Of a stretch of DNA of 64,000 bases, positions 28,385-38,241 are shown one piece after another; within the stretch, counting starts at the first letter, position 1, and each line of letters begins with the position of its first letter. The position numbers and the translations under genes were made by a program. Below the pieces are notes generated by a model that saw only the letters and a list, made by a program, of their open reading frames with translations, ran no database searches and was not told where the DNA came from. Origin of the DNA: Candidatus Latescibacterota bacterium (lineage in GTDB: Bacteria; Latescibacterota; UBA2968; UBA8231); the NCBI GenBank assembly GCA_965217585.1, contig OZ244561.1, forward strand, positions 5,664,001 to 5,728,000. Direction: 5' to 3'.

Positions 28385-29497
28385 ATGCACATCACCAAAG
28401 TCGAAATACGCACCGTGGCCCCGCCGGTTGATCGCTTCACCTGGTCGGACGATCTGCCGGACCAGTACTCGACCAACACGGTCGTCAGAATCTACACAGA
28501 CGAGGGCGTCGAGGGCGTAGCAGGCGTCTGGAACGCGACCTCGTATGACTTCGAGCGCTATACCGCCGAATCCATCCGCCACCTAGCCCCCATCCTGCTG
28601 GGCAAGGACCCGCTCCTGCGGGAGCATATCTGGCACGAGATCAGGCCGCGCGTCTTTCCGCTGCCGCCCCAGTCGTTGGCCGCCATCGACATTGCCCTGT
28701 GGGATTTGGCCGGCAAGGTGGCGGGACTGCCGCTCTACCGGCTGTTGGGCGGAGCGCGAGACAAAATCCCCGCCTATGCCAGCACCCCGCTCTTTGAAGA
28801 TGTCGAATCCTATCTGAAGAATGCCGAGGAGTTCATCGCCCAAGGCTTCAAGGCCATCAAGTTCCACACTTGGTGCATTCCCGAACTAGACCTCGAACTC
28901 GCCCGCGCCGTCAGAAAGCAGTATCCCGGCAACGACGTCGCCTTCATGCTCGACGCCGAAAACAACTACGACCGCGACGGCGCCCTGCGCGTGGCCCAGG
29001 AGCTCGAAGCCATGGGCTTTACCTGGTTTGAGGCCCCGCTGCACGACTCGGATCTCGACGGCTACCGGGAGCTGACGAGCCGGGTAACCATTCCCATTCT
29101 TCCGTCCGGCAACTGGTTCCAAGACCTCCACACCTTTGCCGAAGCCCTCCATTCAAAGGCGTGGGGACGCGCCCGCACCGACGTGGCCATGATGGGTGGG
29201 ATAACGCAGACCAACAAAGCGATCGCCCTCACCGAAGCGGCCGGTATGAAATGCGAGATCATGTCGTGGGGATACAGCCTAGTGTCGGCAGCCAACCTGC
29301 ACCTGATGCTGGCTCACGACAACTGCTCCTATTTCGAGCAGTCGGTGCCCTGCGAACCCTACGAATACGGGATGCAGGACGTCATCCGCGCCCAACCCGA
29401 CGGCTATACCTACGCGCCCGCCGGGCCGGGCCTCGGCCTCGCCGTGGACTGGGAGGCCATGGCAGCGGCCACGATCCATTCGATTGTCGTCGAGTAA
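28385..29497 (+). CDS. Mandelate racemase/muconate lactonizing enzyme (enolase superfamily)
   Basis: AIDIALWDLAGK..GLPLYRLLGG, GFKAIKFH, MLDAE, WFEAP, P.GPGLG. Confidence 0.92.
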   Translation: MHITKVEIRTVAPPVDRFTWSDDLPDQYSTNTVVRIYTDEGVEGVAGVWNATSYDFERYTAESIRHLAPILLGKDPLLREHIWHEIRPRVFPLPPQSLAAIDIALWDLAGKVAGLPLYRLLGGARDKIPAYASTPLFEDVESYLKNAEEFIAQGFKAIKFHTWCIPELDLELARAVRKQYPGNDVAFMLDAENNYDRDGALRVAQELEAMGFTWFEAPLHDSDLDGYRELTSRVTIPILPSGNWFQDLHTFAEALHSKAWGRARTDVAMMGGITQTNKAIALTEAAGMKCEIMSWGYSLVSAANLHLMLAHDNCSYFEQSVPCEPYEYGMQDVIRAQPDGYTYAPAGPGLGLAVDWEAMAAATIHSIVVE

Positions 29498-29569
29498 GGT
29501 GCTGCTGGAGCTACCAGATGTACCCACTAGCCTAGGGACTGGCCCTGTCGGAGGAAAACCCTCAACCAT

Positions 29570-30550
29570 CTACTTTTCGCAGATGGCGACTCCGATGTGG
29601 CGGTAAATACCGTCTTGGTCAACCTGTACTGTGCCGTCGCCCGCGCCGTAGATATTGCCTTGGTCTCGGGCCGAGTAATAGAGCAAATAGCGGTCGCCGT
29701 CTGCGAGGACACACGGCGTTGAGGTGTAGCGACCGTCAAAGTGGTTGGGATGGCGCGTGGCCGGAAAGGCCGAGCGCTCAAAGTGGTGCTTCCAGTGCAG
29801 ACCGTCGGCCGAGGTCGAGGCGTAAATTTCGAAAATGCCGTCCGCCACGTGGCAGCCATACCACATGGTGTAGGTGCCGTTGTTTTCTAGGACATAGGGA
29901 TAGACGACGCTCCTGTGGCTCTCATTGGCCACGACCGCTGGTTCTGCATCGCGGCTCCAGTGCAGGCCGTCGGCCGAGGTGAAGCGGTAGATGTGGCGGG
30001 CCATGGCGCGAAAATCGTCGTCCGCCGCTGGCGAAGAATTCATCCACATGCGGTAGCAGCCCGGGCCATCCTTGAGCACACAAGGGCGGCGACCGCTTGG
30101 GTAGAGCGGCTCGGGATGGACTGCCCAGCGCCGACCGTCCGGGCTGGAGGCATAACCAAGCATCTGCCGCATAAGGGGGCCTTTGCTAGTGGTGCCGAGG
30201 CGCTGGCTCATTACAAACCACATCTTGTACAGGCCTTCATCGCCATCAAAGAGGACGTGCGGTGTCTGCCACGCTTGGCCCACAGGAGTCTCACCCGTGC
30301 GCAGAATAGGGTTGTCGGGAAAGGCCGTCCAGTGCAAGCCGTCCTCCGATTCGGCATAGCCCAGATCCATGTCGTCGTTGCGCGTGGCACTGCTGTTGCC
30401 CAGATACCACATCTCGTACCTGCCGTTGACCCTAATCACCGTGGGATTGTAGAGCGTCACCCGGCACCAGGTCTGCCCTGTGGTCATGGTCGAGAGCACG
30501 GGCTGGGACGACCGCTGCCAAGCCAATTCGTGGAGCAATGTATCCGCCAT
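29570..30550 (-). CDS. Five-bladed beta-propeller glycoside hydrolase-like protein (GH43/130/32-like)
   Basis: Repeated P.V....g.Y.MWY...GYA.S.DGLHW blades. ATG 30550 is preferred; alternative start at 30583. Confidence 0.7.
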   Translation of the reverse strand: MADTLLHELAWQRSSQPVLSTMTTGQTWCRVTLYNPTVIRVNGRYEMWYLGNSSATRNDDMDLGYAESEDGLHWTAFPDNPILRTGETPVGQAWQTPHVLFDGDEGLYKMWFVMSQRLGTTSKGPLMRQMLGYASSPDGRRWAVHPEPLYPSGRRPCVLKDGPGCYRMWMNSSPAADDDFRAMARHIYRFTSADGLHWSRDAEPAVVANESHRSVVYPYVLENNGTYTMWYGCHVADGIFEIYASTSADGLHWKHHFERSAFPATRHPNHFDGRYTSTPCVLADGDRYLLYYSARDQGNIYGAGDGTVQVDQDGIYRHIGVAICEK

Positions 30551-30579
30551 TTCACCCCCTCCAGATTCTGGTGCCCTCG

Positions 30580-31572
30580 TCACTCGCCGATCATCGCAGC
30601 AGTGAGACGGTCCAGAAGCGCATCATCTGCCGGCAGCAGGCCAGAGGCCGGCAAACGCCGCAGTAGGTCGGCCCAGCGGTCGTACTGTGCCTGCGCCCGT
30701 TGCAGGTAGGGCACAGCTTCCTCCTCACGACCCTCGGAGGCTAGGGTCACACCCACCCAGAAGGGAGCCTCGCCGCCCGTTGCTTCATCGGGTACCAGCT
30801 CCGTCGCTTCGCGGTAGGCATCCATAGCCGCCGCCATGTCCCCTGCGGTCACCCATTCGTCACCCTCGTTCAGCTTGTGGTAGGCCCGCGCTAGACGCAC
30901 GAGACGGCGCAGTTCCGCCACCGGCTCGGGATGGTCTTCCACGCGCAGGTCGAACAGGCGATCGACCCACGGCCGGCCGGTATCTTCGGCGGAGACCACG
31001 AGGATGGCCGCCGACTGTCGGCCGCGCAAATCTCCCCCCTCGGCCTCGGCGACCTCTAGGGCTACGAGCAGCCGCTCAGCCAAATCGCCTTCGGCATTTT
31101 CGTAGGCATACGCCATGGCCGGCCACACGCTGTCTTGATCCATCAGATTCGCCTGGACGCTGTACTGGGCACCGGTCTGGTGGCCGGCGGCGACGATGGC
31201 GCGCGCGCCCGTGTGAACGGCCACATTCCCCTCGGCATCGACCATGGCCACTTGCCGCACTGCAGCGTCGGCATCCCCCGCGAGCAGAGCGGTGAGTGCT
31301 GTCGGAGCCGTCTTGCCCATGGCCATCAATTCGAGGCCGAGCGGACCGTAGGCCGGGTCAACGAGAGATTGGGTGGCCACCGCGCCAACGCCGGGACGGG
31401 CCCAAGGAACGATGGGGCCCACGGAAAACCAGTGGGACTGGACGGCGACGCCGAGCTGGCCGGTGAGGGAGTCGCGGGCGACGATGGAATAGGTAGCCAC
31501 AGGTCGCCGCCAGTCGGGTGCGTCGGCCGCGGCTAGCTGGGCCGTGACGAGGATTAGGATGAGTAGGCGCAT
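30580..31572 (-). CDS. DUF1028 (Ntn-hydrolase-like) protein with C-terminal TPR-like helices
   Basis: Signal peptide then TYSIVARD...GVAVQS, GAVATQ, GGDLRGRQSAA, DLRVEDH. Confidence 0.88.
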   Translation of the reverse strand: MRLLILILVTAQLAAADAPDWRRPVATYSIVARDSLTGQLGVAVQSHWFSVGPIVPWARPGVGAVATQSLVDPAYGPLGLELMAMGKTAPTALTALLAGDADAAVRQVAMVDAEGNVAVHTGARAIVAAGHQTGAQYSVQANLMDQDSVWPAMAYAYENAEGDLAERLLVALEVAEAEGGDLRGRQSAAILVVSAEDTGRPWVDRLFDLRVEDHPEPVAELRRLVRLARAYHKLNEGDEWVTAGDMAAAMDAYREATELVPDEATGGEAPFWVGVTLASEGREEEAVPYLQRAQAQYDRWADLLRRLPASGLLPADDALLDRLTAAMIGE

Positions 31573-31601
31573 GGTTCCTCCCAAGTGTCGATAGATGGGG
31601 A

Positions 31602-33350
31602 TTAACTTTTCTTGTCCTTTGCCAACGGCCCGGTCGGTGCTTCCTTACTGTAGAGCGACGATCCTCGCTCGTACGACACGAACACCTCGCCATTGGCCAC
31701 GTCCAGTCGCGGCACGTTGCTGTGGAACACATCGCGGTCCGGGCCGCGCATCACCGCCAACTGGACGTCGCTCATCCCCTCGACCAATTCGCCCCAGCGG
31801 TTTTCCGGGTGGGCCATCTCGCCGCCGCTGCGATTGAAGTTGCGCGACGAATACTTGATCAGAATGCCCCGCCGCGCAATCTCGCTCTTCCAGGCCAACG
31901 CTCCGTGAGTCGTGCCGCCGTCGCCGAAGAACAGCACGTCGCCGGCCTGCATCTCGACGTGTTTGACCAGCCCCATATCGCGATCGCAAGTCCGCACGCC
32001 GGGGGGCAATTTGTAGTAGGCCTTGTGGCTGCCCGGCACGCAGGCAAAACCCCCATCGCCCGCCCGCACATCCCTGAGCTGCCAAGCCACAGTGACCGCC
32101 TCGCAATAGCTGCGGCCGTTGTGGTACACATAGCCGCGGCCGGGGTTGAGCGGCTCGTTGGCGTCGTGCAGTGCGTGGCCGCTGGTCCCCTTGACCGAGA
32201 CAAAACCCGTCGCTCCGCCCATCCGCCCGCCGCTGCCGCCCATCCAGTTCAGCCGGTGCTCGACCGCCGGATGCGCGACCATCCGCCGAAACGGTTCGCA
32301 AGACGGTTGGGGCAGATCCAGTAGTCCATTCAACAAAGGCCGCCCGGTTCCCGCCAAGCTTTTGGACCCCCGTGCCAGCTCTGCGCCGACTTCGATCCGC
32401 TCCTCAAAGCGATCCACTGCCTCGTTGGCCGCGGCCAGCCACTCCTCGTCCATCACCCCGCGCAAGACCAGATAGCCGTTGAGATCCCAGAAGTAAAATT
32501 CCCGGTAGTCGATGTCGCTGTCTGGATCCACCTGCAAAAGCGACGGGTGAAAAACCTCGGACTCCATCCGCGTCGTCTTGCCATCGGTCACAATCGTCGG
32601 CGGCGGCGACGTGGCTTGGTAGCCCGGCTTGTAGAGCGAGGCTTGTTGCACCTCACTCAATTCGGCGTGCCATTCCGGGCGCGGCTCCGCTGCGGTCTTC
32701 GGCCCAGTCCCCGCGCTGCGGATCACGCCGCGTCCCACAAATTCATAACTCAACAGCCGCTGACGCCCTTTTCCCTTCCACGGTCGCATCCCCTGCACAG
32801 TCGCCAGCCCCACGATCAGCAAATCCCCCGCTTTGAGCGCTGGCTGCAAAACAAGCTCCATATCGTCGGCCCCGGTCGCCACCTCCTCCGGCGTCGCCAC
32901 ATTGCCCTTGTGGCTGCACGGCACCAGCACAAAGCCGCCGTCCCCCTCCTCGACATCCTCCAGCGCCCACAGCACCCGCACTCCCTCGCTGAAGCGCCGC
33001 CCATTCTGGAAGTAGTACGCAATGGCTGGATCCCGAGGCTCGTTGCCGCCGACCAGCGGTGCACCCGTTTCGCAAGTCTCCTCGCACCAGACTTCCGGTT
33101 CGCGGTCGAGGATAAACCCCTGACCCACAAGCTGGTTGAGATACCACACCAACGCCGGATGCACCAGCAGGTCGCGGAATGGCTCCCGCGCCTTCTCCGG
33201 CCAGCCTAACATCCCCTCCGTCGCCCCCATGGCGTCGATCTCCCTATTGAGCCGCTCGACCTCCGGCCGAGTCAACGTCCCCGGCACGTGCAAATATCCG
33301 GCCACATCAAAACAGTAATTCTCTTCGTTGGTCATTGTTTCGCGGTCCAT
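31602..33350 (-). CDS. Tandem two-domain PhyH-family protein
   Basis: GGAGG SD before ATG 33350. Two copies of Y.fD..GYL...EPFR....HP...DGGF..VP.SHK...AGD.L. Confidence 0.85.
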   Translation of the reverse strand: MDRETMTNEENYCFDVAGYLHVPGTLTRPEVERLNREIDAMGATEGMLGWPEKAREPFRDLLVHPALVWYLNQLVGQGFILDREPEVWCEETCETGAPLVGGNEPRDPAIAYYFQNGRRFSEGVRVLWALEDVEEGDGGFVLVPCSHKGNVATPEEVATGADDMELVLQPALKAGDLLIVGLATVQGMRPWKGKGRQRLLSYEFVGRGVIRSAGTGPKTAAEPRPEWHAELSEVQQASLYKPGYQATSPPPTIVTDGKTTRMESEVFHPSLLQVDPDSDIDYREFYFWDLNGYLVLRGVMDEEWLAAANEAVDRFEERIEVGAELARGSKSLAGTGRPLLNGLLDLPQPSCEPFRRMVAHPAVEHRLNWMGGSGGRMGGATGFVSVKGTSGHALHDANEPLNPGRGYVYHNGRSYCEAVTVAWQLRDVRAGDGGFACVPGSHKAYYKLPPGVRTCDRDMGLVKHVEMQAGDVLFFGDGGTTHGALAWKSEIARRGILIKYSSRNFNRSGGEMAHPENRWGELVEGMSDVQLAVMRGPDRDVFHSNVPRLDVANGEVFVSYERGSSLYSKEAPTGPLAKDKKS

Positions 33351-33489
33351 TTGGATACCTCCTTTGTCCGGAATCAGCGTCGGTGTTTTAATAGGAGACA
33401 ATATAGCCGCTGCTCCAATCAATCGGCAATGGACACCGCCCCACCGACGCGATATATTACGCCTACCAATCACAACAGGAGAACACGCC

Positions 33490-34833
33490 ATGACTTTGAC
33501 CCCTTGGATTCGCATCGGCCAGCCCTTAGAGGCGGTCATGTCCGACTACGAGCGCATTTTCGACGCCTGGGAACAAGGCGGCATCCGCGGCCTTGTCTTT
33601 GGCCGGCTGGTCTTTGCCGATGAGCAGGGCCAGTCTACCGTCCCCGCGTTCAAGAGCGATCTCGCGCCCTACCAAAAGCGCGGCCTCACAGCCCAACTGC
33701 GCGACGTGCCCCTGCAACCCGACAAGGAAAAGCTCCTGCACGCCATGCTGGCCGACGTCAAAAAACGCGGCTGGACCCTGATGATCTTCTCACCCGCCTC
33801 CGGCACCATTGCCGCCGAGGGCCTGCCGCTGGAGGAGGACCCCTACGGCACTCAGGCACACGCCGCGTCTTGGGAGGACATCTTCGCGGCTTTTCCAGAA
33901 GCCGACGGCGGCATTGTCGATGGCTGGACCGAGTCGCCCTACGAGCTGGCATACCACCACGGCAATGCGGTTTTCCGCCCGCTCAATGACGGCCAGCGCC
34001 GAGAAGCAACGGCTAGAGGCTACGACGCTGAACGCTTGGATCGGGGCCGCCAGCATCTGCTCCAGCGCTTCCAGAGCTTCACTCCCGCCGAAGTGGACTA
34101 CTATGGTGCCCACGGTGTGCTCTCGGAGATGAACCTCTTCGACATCAACGAGGACGCGCTCTACTGGCTGCGCTGGCGACGCGAAGACGGCATCCGCCAG
34201 GGCCGCGAATTCCGCCAAGCCATCAACGAGTTGCCGCGCCAATTGCTCCTCGGCAACGGCCCGCGCTCGGCTGTGTTTTCCGGCATGACTGCGCTCGACT
34301 TCCACGCTTGGGGCCAAATCGTGGATTTGCTCTTGGTCAAGCACTACTTCTGGCATCGCGGCTTCGACGGGATGTACGGCACGGTTGCCCGCTGGGTGCA
34401 GCAGATTCAGGAGTGGAATCCGGCGTTGAGCGAAGCGCAATGCTGGACGGTGCTCCGCGCTTGGCTCGGCATCCACCTGCCCGAGGTGGAGTGCCTAGCC
34501 GATATGGAATTGGGATTTCCGCAGGCGTTTTTCGACGAGGTGGTGCAGGAAGAAACGCGCCGCGCCATCGCCGCGGTCGGCGACCCGCAAAAGATCCTAC
34601 CCTGGGTCGATACCGGACGCATGCCCCACGCCGGCGATCCCATGACTGCCGGCGATCTCTACCGCATCCTCCAAGCTTCAGAAGCGGCCGGGCTCGAGCG
34701 CTTCCTCTTCCACAACCACGCCCACTTGACCGCGGCTGAATGGGCGGTCATCTCGCGGATGTGCGGCACAGCGTGGGACGAAGATCCCGACGGCTATTGG
34801 CCTCCAGCAACGCCCAAACCCGGGACGTTCTAA
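33490..34833 (+). CDS. Conserved hypothetical protein (possible TIM-barrel hydrolase-like fold)
   Basis: ACAGGA SD before ATG 33490; long ORF with genome-typical codon usage; fold guess is weak. Confidence 0.6.
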   Translation: MTLTPWIRIGQPLEAVMSDYERIFDAWEQGGIRGLVFGRLVFADEQGQSTVPAFKSDLAPYQKRGLTAQLRDVPLQPDKEKLLHAMLADVKKRGWTLMIFSPASGTIAAEGLPLEEDPYGTQAHAASWEDIFAAFPEADGGIVDGWTESPYELAYHHGNAVFRPLNDGQRREATARGYDAERLDRGRQHLLQRFQSFTPAEVDYYGAHGVLSEMNLFDINEDALYWLRWRREDGIRQGREFRQAINELPRQLLLGNGPRSAVFSGMTALDFHAWGQIVDLLLVKHYFWHRGFDGMYGTVARWVQQIQEWNPALSEAQCWTVLRAWLGIHLPEVECLADMELGFPQAFFDEVVQEETRRAIAAVGDPQKILPWVDTGRMPHAGDPMTAGDLYRILQASEAAGLERFLFHNHAHLTAAEWAVISRMCGTAWDEDPDGYWPPATPKPGTF

Positions 34834-34954
34834 GCGCCCCAGCTATCCCCGCGCCACACTGACCGTCGCGTCGTCTGAGGATCATCACAGTCTAGGCCGA
34901 ACCGCGATCCGTCGCTAGCTGGTCGTGGTCGAACTGCCGACCCGATCCACCGGC

Positions 34955-34980
34955 GGAACCCCCGCGAACGTGCTGCGTCT
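34955..34980 (+). promoter_or_regulatory. Candidate ECF-sigma promoter for the VWA gene
   Basis: GGAAC-N16-CGTC(T) about 90 bp upstream of ATG 35070. Confidence 0.4.
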
Positions 34981-35069
34981 CTGGAAGGAAGGTGTGCCGC
35001 CATCTGCTTGCGATCACCCCGGCATGCCCCACTCAGTTCCCCATACCACCTTATCCAGAGGCCGATCTC

Positions 35070-36659
35070 ATGAACGCAAGCCCCACCTCTCCCTACCGGT
35101 ACGCCGCCCTCGCTGGGCTTCTCGCCGCCCTCTCCCTTGCCGCGTGCTCTTCCCAGCCGATGGCAGTCCCCGCCTCAATGCCGTCCTCCCCAATGGCCGC
35201 CGAGGATTACAGGCACCTCTCTCCCCCCTCCTACTTCAACACCGAGTCGTACGCGTACATCGACGAGAATGACTTTCAGCTCGTGAGCGCGTCGCCGCTC
35301 TCGACGTTCTCGATCGACGTGGACCGGGCTTCATACGCCAACGTGCGCCGGTTCATCCAGCAGGGGGAGCGGCCACCCGTCGATGCGGTCCGCATTGAGG
35401 AGATGATCAACTATTTTCCTTACGAGTGGGAAGAAGTGCTGGGAGAGCACCCTTTTGCCGTCACCACCGAAGTGTGGGACGCGCCCTGGAAACCCGCGCA
35501 CCGGCTAGTGCGCATCGGCCTCAGGGCGCAGTCAATCGACACGGAGAACCTTCCGCCCGGCAACTTGGTCTTTCTGATCGATGTGTCCGGGTCGATGACG
35601 TCCCCTGACAAGCTGCCGCTACTCAAGAAGGCGTTCGCGCTCCTCGTCGAGCAACTCAGGGCCGAGGATCGGGTGGCAATCGTGGTTTACGCCGGTGCCG
35701 CCGGACTAGTTCTACCCTCGACACCAGGGGATGCGCAGGAGGACATTCTAGCCGCCCTGGAAAATCTCCACGCCGGCGGCAGCACCGCGGGCGGGGCCGG
35801 GATCAAGCTAGCGTATCAAATCGCGCGTGAGCACCACATCGACGGCGGCAACAACCGCGTCATCCTAGCAACGGACGGCGACTTCAACGTCGGTCCCTCG
35901 GGCGACGCCGAGATGATCCGACTCATCGAGAAAGAGCGCGAGAGCGGAACGTTCCTGACGGTCCTCGGCTTCGGTACCGGCAACCTGAAGGACTCGAAGA
36001 TGGAACAAATCGCCGACCACGGGAACGGCAACTTCCACTACGTGGACAACCTGTTAGAGGCCAGAAAAGTTCTAGTGGAAGAGATGGGCGGGACCCTCCT
36101 CACGCTTGCCAAGGACGTTAAGGTGCAGGTCGAGTTCAACCCCGCCCGAGCGGCCGGATACCGGCTGATCGGCTACGAGAACCGCTTGCTCGACGAGGAA
36201 GACTTCAACGACGACACCAAGGACGCCGGCGAACTCGGGGCCGGACACACAGTGACGGCACTGTACGAGGTCGTGCCCGTGGGCGTCCCCGTTCCCGGAG
36301 GCACGGTTGACGAACTCCGCTACCAACCGGAGGACGAGGACGACACGGCCGTCGAGAGCGGCTTCGAGGAAGAGCTGATGTATGTCAAGATCCGCTACAA
36401 GGACCCGGACGGGTCGGTGAGCAGGCTGCTGGCGCACACAGTGGCGGACGCGCCCGCCCGCCCGTCCACGGATTTCCGCTTCGCCACCGCCGTGGCGGGC
36501 TTCGGCATGCTGCTCCGCGACTCGCTCTACGCGAGCGACTACACGCTGGAGGATGTCATCGGGCTCGCCGAGCGAGGCCAAGGCTATGACCCCAAGGGCT
36601 ACCGGGGCGAGTTCATCCGCCTCGTCGAGGCGGTGCGGGATCTGCATCTGCTGGAGTAA
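35070..36659 (+). CDS. YfbK-like VWA-domain lipoprotein (vWF_A + VWA + DUF3520)
   Basis: Lipobox LAAC. Motifs PLSTFSIDVDRASY, RIEEMINYF, DVSGSM (MIDAS), ILATDGDFNVG, YRLIGYENR. Confidence 0.92.
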   Translation: MNASPTSPYRYAALAGLLAALSLAACSSQPMAVPASMPSSPMAAEDYRHLSPPSYFNTESYAYIDENDFQLVSASPLSTFSIDVDRASYANVRRFIQQGERPPVDAVRIEEMINYFPYEWEEVLGEHPFAVTTEVWDAPWKPAHRLVRIGLRAQSIDTENLPPGNLVFLIDVSGSMTSPDKLPLLKKAFALLVEQLRAEDRVAIVVYAGAAGLVLPSTPGDAQEDILAALENLHAGGSTAGGAGIKLAYQIAREHHIDGGNNRVILATDGDFNVGPSGDAEMIRLIEKERESGTFLTVLGFGTGNLKDSKMEQIADHGNGNFHYVDNLLEARKVLVEEMGGTLLTLAKDVKVQVEFNPARAAGYRLIGYENRLLDEEDFNDDTKDAGELGAGHTVTALYEVVPVGVPVPGGTVDELRYQPEDEDDTAVESGFEEELMYVKIRYKDPDGSVSRLLAHTVADAPARPSTDFRFATAVAGFGMLLRDSLYASDYTLEDVIGLAERGQGYDPKGYRGEFIRLVEAVRDLHLLE

Positions 36660-36679
36660 CGGACTGAGAGAAACCCGCA

Positions 36680-38137
36680 CTAATCATCCTGCTCTCTTTC
36701 AAGCAAACACCATTCGTACGGACCAGGCCCTGTATGGCAAATCATCTCGGCGATCTGACTACGCATTGACGCAATCCGATTCTGACAATCGGGATGCCCA
36801 GCCATGTTTTTCATTTCACCCGAATCGGTATCTAAGTCGTACAGTTCGTCGATATCGAAACGGTTCCAGATATATTTCCAGTTCCCATCGCGGATCATCA
36901 CGTGGGCAGCGAGCTGTTCCGGCTCTTGCGCGTTATGATAGATCGCGTCGAGGCTGGCAATCTCGGCGAAGATGGGTCGGCGATCAGGTTCTCGTCCGTT
37001 CAGGATTTTCTCCGCTACAGAACGTCCATCAATCGGTGCTGGCGAATTTTCACTTGCGAGGTCGAGTAACGTCGGCATCAGATCGACGCCGGCGAACGGC
37101 GCTGCTACCCGGAACCCGCGCGGCAACTGTTCGGGCCATGAGATTAGGCAGGGCACCTGTGCCGACGCTTCATACATCAAGCATTTCTCCACATAGCCAT
37201 GGTCGCCCAGTAATTCCCCATGGTCACTTATGAAGACGACAATGGTATTGTTGAGCAGATCTCGTTCCTCAAGAGTTCTGAGGATGCGCCCAACTTGCGT
37301 GTCAATGTGTGTGATGAGGGCGTAATAGTACGCCATCACGCGGCGAAATTCCGCGTCAGTTACCGTAGGACGAATGCGGAACTTGCCGCGCGCTTGAAAG
37401 TCGGGCTTGCCTTCAAGTGGATCTCGCAAGGAGGCAGGGAGCGGAATCTGTTCTTCTGGATAGCTCGCTAGAAGCTCAGGCGGAACTAAGATTCTAGGAT
37501 GCGGATCCTTGACACTCGCAAACAGAAAGAACGGGGCATGATCTTGCTGCTCAATAAATTCGAGACTGCGGTCAACCGTCCAGGTCGTCCGTTGCTGCCG
37601 AGGGTCCTCAATGGTACCAAACTCTAGAGTATTTTCGTACAGGGTCATCCCAGGCGCGTCTGATAGATAGAGGTTGGGAACCCCTTCTCGGGCAAAATAA
37701 TCAAACAGCGGATCTGGATATTCGCCCAAATAACGATAGGTGCACCAGAAGTCAGTGAACCCATGTTGCGGAAGGTGATCATCGCCCAGATGCCACGGAC
37801 CAACGATGCCACAGCGATAGCCTGCCGCTTTCAGCACATCGCCGATTGTAATGCAGTTGTCAGGCAGGTAGGAACCGAACTCGCCCTTCCTGCCAGGGCC
37901 GTAATTCCGCAGTTGCAGGTGGGCATGCGGATAAAGGCCAGTCAACCAACTCGCGCGTGCAGGCGAACACACGGGAGAAGCGCAGTACGCGTTCTCAAAG
38001 CAAACGCCATTCGCGGCCAACTGATCGAGGTGCGGGGTCTGCACCGTAGAACTACCCGCGAATCCGGCCGCGTCCCATCGCATCTGATCGCACATAATCA
38101 GCACTATATTGGGGCGTGGGTTCGTCATAATACTCAC
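36680..38137 (-). CDS. Sulfatase
   Basis: PNIVLIMCDQ, CSPAR (CxPxR), SDHGE, ELYDL. Start is GTG 38137 or ATG 38128. Confidence 0.92.
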   Translation of the reverse strand: MSIMTNPRPNIVLIMCDQMRWDAAGFAGSSTVQTPHLDQLAANGVCFENAYCASPVCSPARASWLTGLYPHAHLQLRNYGPGRKGEFGSYLPDNCITIGDVLKAAGYRCGIVGPWHLGDDHLPQHGFTDFWCTYRYLGEYPDPLFDYFAREGVPNLYLSDAPGMTLYENTLEFGTIEDPRQQRTTWTVDRSLEFIEQQDHAPFFLFASVKDPHPRILVPPELLASYPEEQIPLPASLRDPLEGKPDFQARGKFRIRPTVTDAEFRRVMAYYYALITHIDTQVGRILRTLEERDLLNNTIVVFISDHGELLGDHGYVEKCLMYEASAQVPCLISWPEQLPRGFRVAAPFAGVDLMPTLLDLASENSPAPIDGRSVAEKILNGREPDRRPIFAEIASLDAIYHNAQEPEQLAAHVMIRDGNWKYIWNRFDIDELYDLDTDSGEMKNMAGHPDCQNRIASMRSQIAEMICHTGPGPYEWCLLEREQDD

Positions 38138-38241
38138 TTTCTACATACGAGTCGCTGGCGTTTACCGGTACGTATCGGTATAATAAGACCCCTCCGCGCA
38201 GCTAGCGAATCTTCCTATACACAGATACACAGGATCGAACC

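Noticed and set aside
27977-28582. 201-aa minus-strand ORF
   Set aside because: It overlaps the enolase-family gene antisense and has no recognisable motifs. The plus-strand relic explains the gap.
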